Source: Octopus vulgaris (Eukaryota). From it: DNA of 64,000 nt. A model generated the notes under the pieces. It was not told the origin of the DNA. It was given only the letters and a program-made list of their open reading frames with translations, and ran no database searches. A program made the position numbers and the translations under genes. Location: assembly GCA_951406725.2 (NCBI GenBank), contig OX597834.1, positions 32,550,001 through 32,614,000 on the forward strand, given 5' to 3'. Below are positions 13,340-25,441 of this stretch, piece after piece; within the stretch, counting starts at the first letter, position 1, and each line of letters begins with the position of its first letter.

Positions 13340-13620
13340 AAGACCCTCCATGTGGTTGGTAGTCCAACATGCTAGAAATAGCAACCAAATCAGCCTAATT
13401 TTGAATTTTACAGTTTTACAAAAAAAGAAACTGAAAATAAAAATGGAAGGGCACATTGGAAAATGTAGTTCAACAAGAGCCCCTAAAAATGTGGGATGGC
13501 CATGGTTGGCATATACCATTGATCATAAGGTCTGCTGTACCAGGCCAGACTTACGTGACAAATATAATGAAGGAACCTCTAGCTGGTTGTTTGGCTAGCT
13601 AGAAATAGCAGCCAACTTTC
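13340..13620 (+). repeat. Old, diverged dispersed repeat family (representative)
   Basis: The motifs ctagaaatagcagccaaat and ggatggtcatggctggaa...tgatcat recur on either strand near 2400, 20560, 26880, 28050, 30080, 30330, 32870, 34470, 37700, 56000, 56440 and 58150. Confidence 0.6.
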
Positions 13621-13978
13621 AACCTATTGCAGCTATGGGGGAATCTAGCAATCCTTCGGTATTTGTATACGTCTTTCACCCACACAACCTTCCCTCATGA
13701 CATATAGAGACTAAACTGAAAAAGAGGGTGAATGATATTGTCTCTTCATAGGGACTTTCTGGAGACCAATACCGAAGGATTTCCGGGGAAACTTTTTAGC
13801 TTATTCTCTTGTGTCTGGGGAGAGTCATTTTCTCATTTTCTTTTTGTACCTTATAATGTAACATACTCACTGGTAAAATTTCCACTTATTTCTTAATTTT
13901 ATTTTCCTAAAATTTTCGTTGCGTCTTGCAACCTTTTCAATAGTCTTGACTCTTAGCTTAGTGTGTTGGAATATTGAT

Positions 13979-14176
13979 TTCTTTAATAATCCTGATAGAG
14001 TTATTTTTATGTCTATGTATACAAAATGGGACTCCTTATCCAGCTCCCAAAAATCCCAGAATACAATGCAATATTCTTTCTTTAATAATCCTGATAGAGT
14101 TATTTTTATGTGTATGTATACAAAATGGGACCCCTTATCCAGCTCCCAGAAATCCCAGAATACCATGCAATATTCT
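13979..14176. repeat. 99-bp tandem duplication
   Basis: ttctttaataatcctgatagag...tgcaatattct occurs at 13979 and 14078. Confidence 0.85.
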
Positions 14177-14591
14177 GTACTCTGTATTGAGTTAAAAGAC
14201 CCTATAATTGGAGTTGGTTAATTTGCATACAGTCTGTTAAGAATAATTTTGTTCTTTACTTTTCCAGGAGATTAATAGAGATTAACCCTTTAAGCATTCA
14301 GATAACTCTGTCAAATGTAATCATGATTTGGATTAATCGCACATTATCTCAGAGCTTTGAGATATCAATGATATGATTGCTTATATTTAGAATGACATTG
14401 TAGGGTAGGTGTGAGATGTTGGATCTGGCCAGTTTGATCGTAAAAGAGCCAGAATATTTTGGCCGGGTATGGCCCCAAAAGGATGAAAGACAAAGTCGAT
14501 CTCAGCGGCATTTGAAATCAGAACATAAAGACAGGCCATGTGCCTGCTGCTAAGCATTTTACCTGGTGTGCTCACAATTCTGCCAGGTCAC

Positions 14592-14657
<66 letters not shown>

Positions 14658-15287
14658 CATATTATCTCTGGCTGCCCAGTCCTGGCTAAGAAGGAATATA
14701 TTCACAGACATGACAGAGTTGGAACCTACATACACTGGAAGCTATGCCAACATTATGGAATAACAACAGAAAAAAGATGGTATAGGCACACACCAGAAAA
14801 GGTCACAGAAAACGAGAAAGCAACCATACTCTTGGATATGCCAATACACACAGATAGAGAAATTAAGGCCAACAGACCAGATATAGTTGTCAGAGATCAT
14901 GAAGAAAAAAATGCTTTCTAATTGATGTATCAATACCGGCAGATGACAACGTGTCTCTAAAAGAAATGGAGAAACTTTCAAAATACAAAGAACTGGAAAT
15001 AGAGGTAACCAGAATGTGGAATCTAAAAACAGAAACAATTCCTATCATAGTAGGCGCATTAGGCATGATAAAAAAATATTCAGACAAATACATAACAAAA
15101 ACACCAGGACTTACAAACACATATAACATACAGAAAATTGCACTACTAGGCACTGCACACATCCTACGCAGAACACTTTCCATACAGTAACCATCAGAGC
15201 ATCACAATAAATCACAGCACATACCCAAGGCACACAGAGCTGCGCCCGGTAGTGAAGTGAAAGCACGCTATAAAAATAAAACTGCTG
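14658..15287 (+). mobile_element. R4/Dong-clade non-LTR retrotransposon, 3' fragment encoding the restriction-like endonuclease region
   Basis: HIISGC...YIHRHD...RPDIVV, then after a 1-nt frameshift in the A-run near 14905, LIDVSIP...KEMEKLSKYKELEIE...GALG...LLGTAHILRR. The RHD, PD..D and K..KY motifs are characteristic of RLE. (TAA)n flanks both sides. Confidence 0.9.
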
Positions 15288-15905
15288 AATAATAATAATA
15301 ATTCTTTCTACTAAAGGCAGAAAGGCCAGTAATTTTGGGTGCGGGGACTAGTCGATTACATTGACCCCAGTGCACAACTGGTACTTATTTTATTAACACT
15401 GAAAGACTAAAAGGCAGAGCTGACCTCGGCAAAATTTGAACTCAGAAGGTGAAGACATAATAATAATAATAATAATCCTTTTTACTATATGTACAAAGAC
15501 AAAATTTTGGCAGGGTGGGCGTGGTTGGGGGTGCTAGTCGATTACATCAAACCCTAAAGGCTGAAATGCAAAGTCGACCTTCTGGTACTTGAACTCAAAA
15601 TGTAAAGATAGATGATGTCAGCTGTAATATAATAACAGAGGTTCGGTAGTAATATACTCCACTAACCCATGCCAGCATGGAAAAAACAGACACGAGGACA
15701 ATAAAACGAAACAATATATAAATAGAAGGTTGGTAAATTCCAAGCCAATCCTGAGTGCAGCTGTTACATAAACAGAACACACACACACACACACACATAC
15801 ACACGTACACACGAGGTGGTGCAATTGCTTTTTGCAGTGACGTATAACATAAGTCAATGCCTCCTCAGCAACAATGCAGGCGGCCTTGCAATGATAATAA
15901 TAACA

Positions 15906-15970
<65 letters not shown>

Positions 15971-17312
15971 GTAATAATAATAATAATAGTAATAGTAATA
16001 ATAATAATAATAATAATGACGATGATGATGATAATAATGACAACAACAATAATAAAAAAAGAAATTTCATTTGTGTTACATAGCTGGTTGCCTATGATTA
16101 TAATATATATCATAAATGCTATATATACATGAATGTGTGGGTGTGGGTGTGTGTTTGTATATATATATATATACACACACACATAGATAGGTGCAGGCAT
16201 GACTGTATGGTTGAGACTGTGCTTCATAACCACATAGCTTTGGGTTCAGTACCACTACGTGGCACCTTGGGCAAGTGTTTTCCTCCATAGTCCCAGACTG
16301 ATCAAAGTCTTGTTACTGGATTGATAGACAAGAAGTGAGAGTCTTTTGAGCCCTCCCTCCCTCTCTCTCTCTCTCTCTCTTTATATATATATATATATAT
16401 ATGTATATAAATCAAAATCAAATTCAATGACTGGTGTCCATGCCAGTGGCACTTAAAAAGCACCATTCGAGTGTGATCGTTACCAGCGTCACCTTACTGG
16501 CACTTGAGCCCCGTGCTAGTAGGGTATTAAAAGCACCATCTGAGCATGATTGTTGCCAGAGCGGCTGTCTGGCCTCCGTGCTGGTGGCACATAAAAGACA
16601 GCATTCGAGCATGATCGTTACCAGTATCACCTTACTGGCACCTGTGCCGGTGGCATGTATAAAAGATTTGAGCGAGGTTGTTGCCAGTACTACCTGACTG
16701 GCCCCGTGCTGGTGGCACATAAAAGCACCCACTACACTCTCAGAGTGGTTGGCATTAGGAAGAGCATCCAGCTGTAGAAACTCTGCCAGATCATGATTGG
16801 AGCCTGGTGCAGCTATCTGGTTCGCCAGCCCTCAGTCAAATCGTCTAACCCATGCTAGCATGGAAAGCGGACGTTAAACGATGATGATGATATATAATAT
16901 GACTGATAGAATATTTACCAGGCTATAAAAAGTAATAAGTACAGGGGTTGGTTTGTTCAACTAAAATTTTTCAAAGTAGTGCCCCAGCATGGCCACACAC
17001 TAAAACAAGTAAAAGATATGTGTGTGTATGTGCGTGCATGTGTGTATATATATATATGTATATGTATTTGTATGTATGTGTTTGTGTCTCCTTGTTTTGC
17101 TATCACACAAAATGTGTAACTAAGCATCGTTGTCAAGGAAGCAGTGCCATTCATTTCAAATCTTTCATGAAAAACACACCTGGCCATGAGGAGGTATCTC
17201 CTTGCTTGGAAAGAGGTGAGTGTTGGTGACAGGAAGAGCATCTGACCTCAGAAAATCTGCCTTAACAATTCATTCCATCTGACCCATGCAAGCACAGAAA
17301 AGTGGATGTTAA

Positions 17313-17965
17313 CCCTTTCCCTCTCCTATATATCATATATTATACACTAAACATATTTCCCTGGCATTCATACACCATATATGATATCACATTCCCAATG
17401 TTGCCTGTCCTGTTTATCATATGTGATATCCGGGACATATTTCCCTGGAATCCATGCATCACATATGATATCACATTCCCAATATTGCTTGTCCTGTTTA
17501 TCATATGTGATATCCAGGACATATTTCCCTGGCATTCATACACCATATATGATATCACATTCCCAATGTTGCCTGTCCTGTTTATAACATGTGATATCCA
17601 GGACATATTTCCCTGGCATCCATGCATCACATATGATATCACATTCCCAATTTTCCTGTCCTGTTTATCACATGTGATGTCCGAGACATATTTCCCTGGC
17701 ATCCATGCATCACATATAATATCACATTCCCAATGTTGCCTGTCCTGTTTATCACATGTGATATCCGAGACATATTTCCCTGGCATCCATGCATCACATA
17801 TGATATCACATTGCCAGTTTTTTTGAACCCCAGCGTAACTTGGGACTTATGTTAGGAAAGCTTTATTCTACTTAAAACACATGAGAAAAAGTGCTAATTA
17901 GCTGTCTATAAACGAGCATGGACGTTTGGAAGAAACTTATGAAAATGCTTTGGATAAGCAAAGGG
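17313..17965. mobile_element. piggyBac-type MITE containing an 84-bp minisatellite
   Basis: TTAA TSD (17309-17312, 17966-17969) and CCCTTT...AAAGGG termini. It interrupts a SINE tail (gtggatgttaa|agcaatgacgatg). Confidence 0.75.
17351..17815. repeat. 84-bp tandem repeat, about 5.5 units
   Basis: Unit starts at 17351, 17435, 17519, 17603, 17686 and 17770. Confidence 0.95.
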
Positions 17966-19399
17966 TTAAAGCAATGACGATGACAGGGATTTATTTTTTA
18001 ATAAGGTTGTATTTTGTTTTGCATTGGTTTTCTTTCCCCCTCATCTCTAAACAAGCTTCGATTAAGATCTCGTCTAATTAGTGTTTGTATCACAGTGAGG
18101 TCAGTTTAAACGAAGATGGACCAGACAAGAGAAGACTGATAACGGAGGGGGGAGGGAGAAAAAGAAAGAAAACAAAGAAACAAAGGAAGAACAAGAACAC
18201 ACGCATAATCAATCCCCCCCCCCCCCAACCATACACCCACCTGAGGGCAGATGTTAATAATAATGCACGCGATGGTGTCAGGAATCGGTGCATATTTATG
18301 CCATAGTTGCTGCACTCTGCTACCAATAATTGCACACTTTGTCGCCAGCAAGCAGAGTATATTGCATTTTATGAGCGACACAATTGCTGACCAACAGAAA
18401 TGGTGATAATAATGGTGGTGGTGGTGGTGGTGGTGGTGGTGGTGGTGATGGTGTTGTTGGTGGTGGTTGTGTTGGTGGTGGTGGTGTTGGTGTTGTTGTT
18501 GTTGGTGGTGGTGTTGGTGGTGGTGGTGTTGGTGGTGTTGGTGGCAGTGGTGGTAGTGGTGATGATGATGATGATGGTGATTTCATAATGATTCGAAAGT
18601 CGTGAAGAACAGAAACAAGAGACATCAAGTCAGGTCATTCACCTCTTTTAGAAGGAGAAGAAAAAATATCAGCCAAATGCTAAGCAATGAAATGTCTTTA
18701 TGATTAAGGAAGGAATACTTCTTGTTTGTTGCTGTTAAAAATATGCTAGGAGAGAGGCGGGAGGAGAGAGGGGGTGAGTGAGAGGCAGAGACAGGGAGAG
18801 AGGAAAAGAGAGAGTAAGAGAGTGGAGCAGTGAGGGGGAGCAAGAGAAGCAGAAAGAGAGAACTGAAGAGAAAAAGACAGAGCTAGAGGAAGTGAGAGGG
18901 AAGAAATAGTGATTAGATCATTCTAGAAGATCTAATCAAGCCAAAAACTACAGTGAATTCTCAAATGTGCATTTCACTGTTTCGTTTTTACGCTTTCTGA
19001 CGTAGACACACAACTAGAAAACTTGTGCTAGAGTGGAGCCAGAGAGAAACGGTTGACCATATTAACCCCAGCACTCAGTTGATATTTTATTTTATGAACC
19101 TCAAAGGAAGAATAAAGCAAAGTCGACTGTGGTAGGTTTTGAACTCAAAACATAAAGTGCCATAACTAAATACCACAAGACGTTTCATCTGTCACTCTAC
19201 CAATTCAATTAATAAGTTAAAAAATATTTTTAAGGAGTTTATTAGACCGTGTGTGGCTAAGAAGCTTGCTTCCCAATATGTGAGGTCCTTAGTTCAGTCC
19301 TACTGCATGGCACTTTTGGTATCTTCTACTTTAGTCCTGGGCTGACCAAAGCTTTGTGAGAGAAAGTTGACAGAAGCCCATTGTATATGAAGTCAGAAT

Positions 19400-19605
19400 G
19401 CCATGATGGACCGTTAGCTCCTATACGTATTTTTTCTCTCCTTGTTTCTTTTCTGTGTATCTTTCTGTCGAAGAGCATAGGCTCGAAACGTAAAAGACTT
19501 GTTCTATTTCTATTCCTGAGCGCCATACTAATTAATACATTTGTTTGTTTGTACTCCACCTGCCTTCGTCTTTTGTTTATTTTCGTAAACCTTCTCGTTA
19601 TATGT
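19400..19605 (+). mobile_element. Penelope-like fragment with hammerhead-like motif
   Basis: TCTTT-CTGTCGA-A-GAGC-ATAG-GCTC-GAA-ACGT-A-AAAGA at 19460-19497. Related copies are at about 23665-23840 and 31660-31780, and a different subfamily is on the minus strand at 33305-33500. Confidence 0.6.
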
Positions 19606-19939
19606 GTATATACCTATATATGTAAATGAGTGTGTGTGTGTGTGTACCCTTGTCTAAATGTCATATACTGGTTGTAAACGAGCATCACCATCAAAGCGAG
19701 GGTGTTCATTTCTTGTCTTCTGTCGAAAATATGTTTGATCATGGGGAATATTAGTTTACTTGGAAAATCTGCCTCCATATATTCAGTCTGACCCATGCCA
19801 GCATGGAAAAGTGGATGCATAAAGATGATGATGATGATGGAGACACACACATGTATATAAGTTTGTATGTATTGTTAGCAATTGGCTCTTAGTCTGTTGC
19901 TAAGGGGCCACTGAAAAGATAAACACCTTGTACACAGTT

Positions 19940-20380
19940 TGACATGACATGTGGCTGATCAAAGTAGGTCATGGCTGACACATCTAGGTCATGGGTGATT
20001 GTGGCAATTAGGTCATGCTGTGCCAGACAAATCTAGGCTGCCATGTTGTGGCTGACAAAAGCCAGATTATTGTGTGCTTGACATAATTAGGTCACTGTGT
20101 TTAATAAAACTGGGTCATTGTATACCTGATAGATATAATTCCATATCTATGTATGTTTGGAATGTCTGACAAAACTGGGTCACTGTGTTTGACAAAACTG
20201 TGTCATGGTATGTCTGACATAAACTGTGTCAGCGTGTGTTTGATAAAACTGGGTCACTGTGTGGCTTGATACAAAGTAGGTCGTTGTATCTGACAAAACT
20301 AGGCCATGTGTCTGACATAACTAGGTCGAGTCTAGTTGAAACAATTGTGTTGTAGTGTGGGTGGTACAACTAGGCTATTG
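19940..20380. repeat. Degenerate minisatellite with a tgacaaaact(g/a)ggtca core
   Basis: More than ten diverged copies of tgtgt(t/c)tgacaaaactgggtca. Confidence 0.7.
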
Positions 20381-21370
20381 TTTGAGAGGCACCTCTGTGT
20401 TGCTGTGAGGGTGTCACATTTGTACCATGTGGTGGCACAAGTAACATGTGACTGATGTGACACAAGTCAATAAGGAGCAGTGACAAGAACAATCAAAATA
20501 TAACAACAACAACATAAGCAGCAAGAATGTGAAGAAACCAAGCTAATGACACGTCATAGAGAAATAGCAGCCAAAACTCCCTCATAACCTACATTGCCAC
20601 CTTTTCAGAGACACCCATGATTAATGTAGTTGGGAAGTAAAACAGACAGGATGGTTATGGTTGGAACACTGTTGATCAGAAGCTTACCTGTTCGGAATAA
20701 TCTGGCTGGAGAGGTGTGGGAGGGGGGAGGGGTAAAGAACAGCAACAACATAAGCAAGCGGACAACAATGAACTGAGCCACTGAGGGAACCTGTATGTGA
20801 TTGGTCATGTAGTCTGCTAGAAATAGCAGCCAAACCCCCCCCCCCCGCTCCAAAGGTAATTCAAGATTCTCTTCAGAAGAGATGAACGGCATGGTCAATC
20901 ATCATCATCGTCATCATCATCATCAACCTATTCCTCAACTGGTACTTATTTTAAACGACCCCGCCAAAAGATAAAAGTCAAAGCTAACCTCAGTGGAATT
21001 TGAACTTAAAATGTAAAGATAAATGAGACGCCACTGACAACAACAACAACAACCACGACAGCTTTTATTTTGTTCTTGAGCTTCTGGGACTGATAAGGCC
21101 AGAGCTTAACTAACCTGGTTTCCATGGCGAATAATCAAGTGAAATTACAAGATTCCCCCTTCCTGGACGGGAACTTCCCAGCTCATTGCTTCGACTCATT
21201 TTCCACACAGCTAAGCAGAGTGAAGCAATGCGAAACGAAATGTTTTTGCTGAAGAACACAAATGCACTCAGCCCAGTCCAGGAATCGAAACCACGATTTC
21301 ATGACTGCAAAGAGTGCAGCACCTTAAACCACTAGGCCGACATGCCTTCTTCTTCTTCTTCTTCTTCATC

Positions 21371-21403
<33 letters not shown>

Positions 21404-21440
21404 GTCGTCGTCGTCATCATCATCATCATCATCATCATCT

Positions 21441-21673
21441 ATTTCTTTACTACCCACAAGGGGCTAAACACAGAGAGAACAAACAAGGACAGACAAACGG
21501 AATAAATCGATTACATCGACCCCAGAGCGTAACTGGTACTTAATTTATCGACCCCCCCGAAAGGATGACAGGCAAAGTCGACCTCGGCGGAATTTGAACT
21601 CAGAACGTAACGGCAGACGAAATACGGCTACGCATTTCGCCCGGCGTGCTAACGTTTCTGCCAGCTCGCCGCC
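21441..21673 (-). mobile_element. SINE family A, full length
   Basis: Reverse complement of the family A head, body and tail. Similar copies are at 24494-24727(-), 27099-27330(+), 52469-52696(-), 56181-56405(+) and 61069-61300(+). Confidence 0.9.
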
Positions 21674-24600
21674 ATTTGATATCATCATCATCATCATCGT
21701 CGTCGTCGTCGTCATCATCATCATCATCAGCAACAACAACAACAACCAACAAGAGCAGCAGCAGCGGCAGCAGTAGCAGTGAAAAGCATATGAAGTAATG
21801 TTGATAAGATCTTGTGGGAAAAGAGTCGACCTTCGTCAGATTGTAGATCTTTAAACAACAGCTTTATTAGTTTCAAGCTAATAGCATTGACATGGTTGCG
21901 GTAGCGGCGGTGGTGGTGGTGGTGTGGCGAATGTGTGGTGGTTGTATAACACTGAAGTAGTGTATGGTGGTGGTGGTGGTGATGGTATTGCGTTGATGCT
22001 GTTGCTGCCTTGATGCTGTGGTTGCGGTGGTATACGGTGGTGGAGCAGTATATGATGATGGTGGTGGTGGTGGTATTGCAGCTGTGCTGCTGTTGTGGTG
22101 AAGGCGGTGGTGGTGGTGGCATATGGTGCTGGAGAAGTATACGATGGTGTTGGTGGTGGTACTGATTGGTGGAGACGACGTACAGTAGTATTGTATTGTG
22201 GTGGTGATGATGATTGTATGATTGTGCATGGTGGCTGTGCGATGATTGCTGGATGGTATAGTTGTGATGGTGGTGGTGGTGGTGGTGGTGTCATGTTGTG
22301 CTTGAGGTAGTGGCGGAGATGGTGTAGTGATGATGTGTTATTATTGTTGTTGTTGTGGTGGTGGTGTGACAGTAGTGATGGTCATTTTGTAATGGTGGTG
22401 GTGGTGTAAAGATAGCGATGAAGGCGGCGGCGGCGGTGGTGTTGGTGGTAGTAGCCACGGTGGTGGTGATGACAGCGTGAGGAGCGGTGAGAGGAGGTAA
22501 CAGTGCCATGGAATTAAAGATTCTAAACACTTCCGACTGACATCTAATACTGACTGGAATTGGCAACTTTCACAAAGATTGGTGGTCATTTCGGCTGCCT
22601 CCACCTCCCACTCACCTCCACCCCCACCCGCCAACCCCACCACAACCTCCGGCATCATTTTTATTTTCGACTTCAGACGATCGGCTCCAGAAAATCTATT
22701 TTCACACACATACACACACACACACACAGGCACACACAAACACATACACACACAGGCGTGCGCGCACACACACACACACACACAGTGGATTTGTCGGCTT
22801 CAATGATGAGAATTCAGTTGTTAATCAGACAACCAACTCCAGCAGCAGCGCCAGTGGCACGGAGGTGTGATCTCCTGCCCCAGGTGCCACTTTCACGAAG
22901 GGGTCAGCTTATTTGGGTCTGCTGCATGAGCCCATGCAGGTTGTTTACAAAGGGAAGAGTGCAGGGAGCAAACTGAAGGGTGGCACAAACTCTAGCTATG
23001 CCACCGACCTAGTCACTGAATTATCCTGGTATTAGTGGCTGAGTATCTCACAGGCTGAATCAGCACCAACACAATGTATGTAGTAAGGCGTTAAGAAGGG
23101 CATCCAGCTATAGAACCCATGTGAAATCAGACTGGAACCTGATGCAGCTCTCCAGGTCATCAGCTTCTGTCAAACTGTCCAACCCATGCCAGCATGGACA
23201 GCAGACGTTAAGTGATGACGACGACGACGATGATGATGATGATCTACAGGTCAGGTCAGGTCAGCTTGAGCAAGTGTCTTCTATTATAGTCCCTGACCAA
23301 CTCAAGCCTTGCGACTGGATTTGTTAGATGGAAACTGAAAGAAGCTTGTTGTGTGTGTGTGTGTGTGCATGAGTGTGTGTGTTTGTATGTAAGTGGTTGG
23401 TATTAGGAAGGGTATCCAACCATAGACATCATGCCAAAGATGATATTGTGGCTTGGTGCAGCTCTGCAACTCACCAGCTTCCGACTGAACCATCTTACCC
23501 ATGCCAACATGGTAAGCAAACATTAAATGAAGGCATGGCTGTGTGGTAAGAAGCTTGCTTCTTAACCACATTGTTCTAGGTTCAGTCCCTCTGTGTGACA
23601 CCTTAGGCAAGTGTCTAAAGCCTTGTGAATGGACTTGGTGAACAGAAACTGAAGGAAGCCCATCGAACCGTTAATCCATTCACATTTTTTCTCTCACCAT
23701 TTTTCCCCTCTTAATCCTTTCTGTTGAAGAGCATAGGCTCGAAATATCAAAGACCTTTCCGTTCTTCCCAAGTGTTAAACTATTACACCTGCTTGCTGTT
23801 CCTACACCTGTCTTCATCTTTTGTTTTCTGTAAATATGAACTGTGTGTGTGTGTGTGTGTGTGTGTATCAGTGTGTGTCTTTGTGTCTGTGTTTGTCCCC
23901 CCACTACTGCTGCTTGACAACTGGGGTTGGCATGTTTACATTCCCATAACTTAGCAGTTTGGCAAAAAGAGACTGATAGAATAAGTACCAGGCTTTAAAA
24001 ACTAAAGTCCTGGTGCCGATTTGTTTGACTAAAACCCTTCAAGGCAGTGCCCCAGCATGGCCGCAGTCAGAAATGAGCGAAACAAGTAAAAAATACAATA
24101 AAAGAATAAAAATAAATATATGTGCATGTGTGTGTGTCTTTGTGATTGTCCCCCAACCAGTGTTGGTTTGGTTACACCCCCCATAACTTAGTAATTCAGC
24201 AAAAAGGGTCCGATAACATGTGTACCAGGCTTTAAAATAAAATCCAGGGGTCAATTTGCTCCACTGAACTCTTCAATGCAGTGCCCCAGCATGGCCACAG
24301 TCCAAAGAAATAAATGAAACAAATCTGTTGTGCATTGGAGGAGAACACTTGAGAAAATTCCACAAGAAGAGTTCCTCTTTGTTTTTGAAAAATGAAAATG
24401 AGAAACGTTTGTACTTAAAAGGGATTAAAACCCTTTACACACGTAACAACAACAACATGACCCACTTGTATGTGGAGACAGACACACACACATATATTTC
24501 TTTATTGCCCACAAGGGGCTAAACATAGAGGGGACAAACAAGGACAGACAAACGGATTAAGTCGATTATATCGACCCCAGTGCGTAACTGGTACTTTTTT

Positions 24601-25179
24601 TATTGACCCTGAAAGGATGAAAGGCAAAGTCGACCTCGGCGGAATTTGAACTCAGAACGTAACGACAGATGAAATACCGCTAAGCATTTCGCCTGGCGCA
24701 CTAACGTTTCTGCCAGCTCACTGCCTTATATATACACACACACACACGTATATGTCAATAGGTATATATGTATAGGCATGTAAGGATAGGAATATATGTA
24801 TAGGTACATAGCCTTATGCACGCATCAAACACACACAGATATATACATACTTATATGCATACTTATATACATATGCATATACACATATATACATACATTC
24901 ATACATACACATATTTCGTTTTTGTACCCACATGTACAAACATGAAGGTAACTACTTATGTCAACATACATGCACATAAAACACACCCTCTTTCTGGGGT
25001 ATAAAGTGACATATATACTCTGTGTGTGTGTGCATGCATATGTATGTATGTATGTATATATATATTTATATACACATACACATATATGCATACATGTACA
25101 TGCACAAATGTACATGCATGCATAAAAGCATCATCATCATCATCGTTTAGCGTCCGCTTTCCATGGTAGCATGGGTTGG

Positions 25180-25216
<37 letters not shown>

Positions 25217-25400
25217 CACACACAGATGTATACATGTACATGCATAAAAGCATATATATATATATATATATACAATATTCACACATACATAAAATCATAT
25301 ATGTATATATATATATATATATATATGTTTACACATGCAACATATTTATGAACATACCCAAATACATAAACATGAAGATAACCAATATTTACATAAGTTT

Positions 25401-25441
<41 letters not shown>

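Noticed and set aside
17351-17815. CRISPR-like regular repeats
   Set aside because: These are contiguous tandem units with no unique spacers, no cas genes, and a eukaryotic context.
18055-18118. miR-2-like sequence (TATCACAG) in a loose hairpin
   Set aside because: Only the seed matches, and the 5' arm pairs too poorly for a pre-miRNA.
20688-20705. 18-nt minus-strand microexon candidate (ctctccag|CCAGATTATTCCGAACAG|gtaagc)
   Set aside because: The splice signals are good, but the segment corresponds to the tail of the old dispersed repeat family, so a chance match is likely. Only RNA-seq could rescue it.
22543-22566. miR-8/miR-200-like TAATACTG start
   Set aside because: Seed-only match with no complementary arm.
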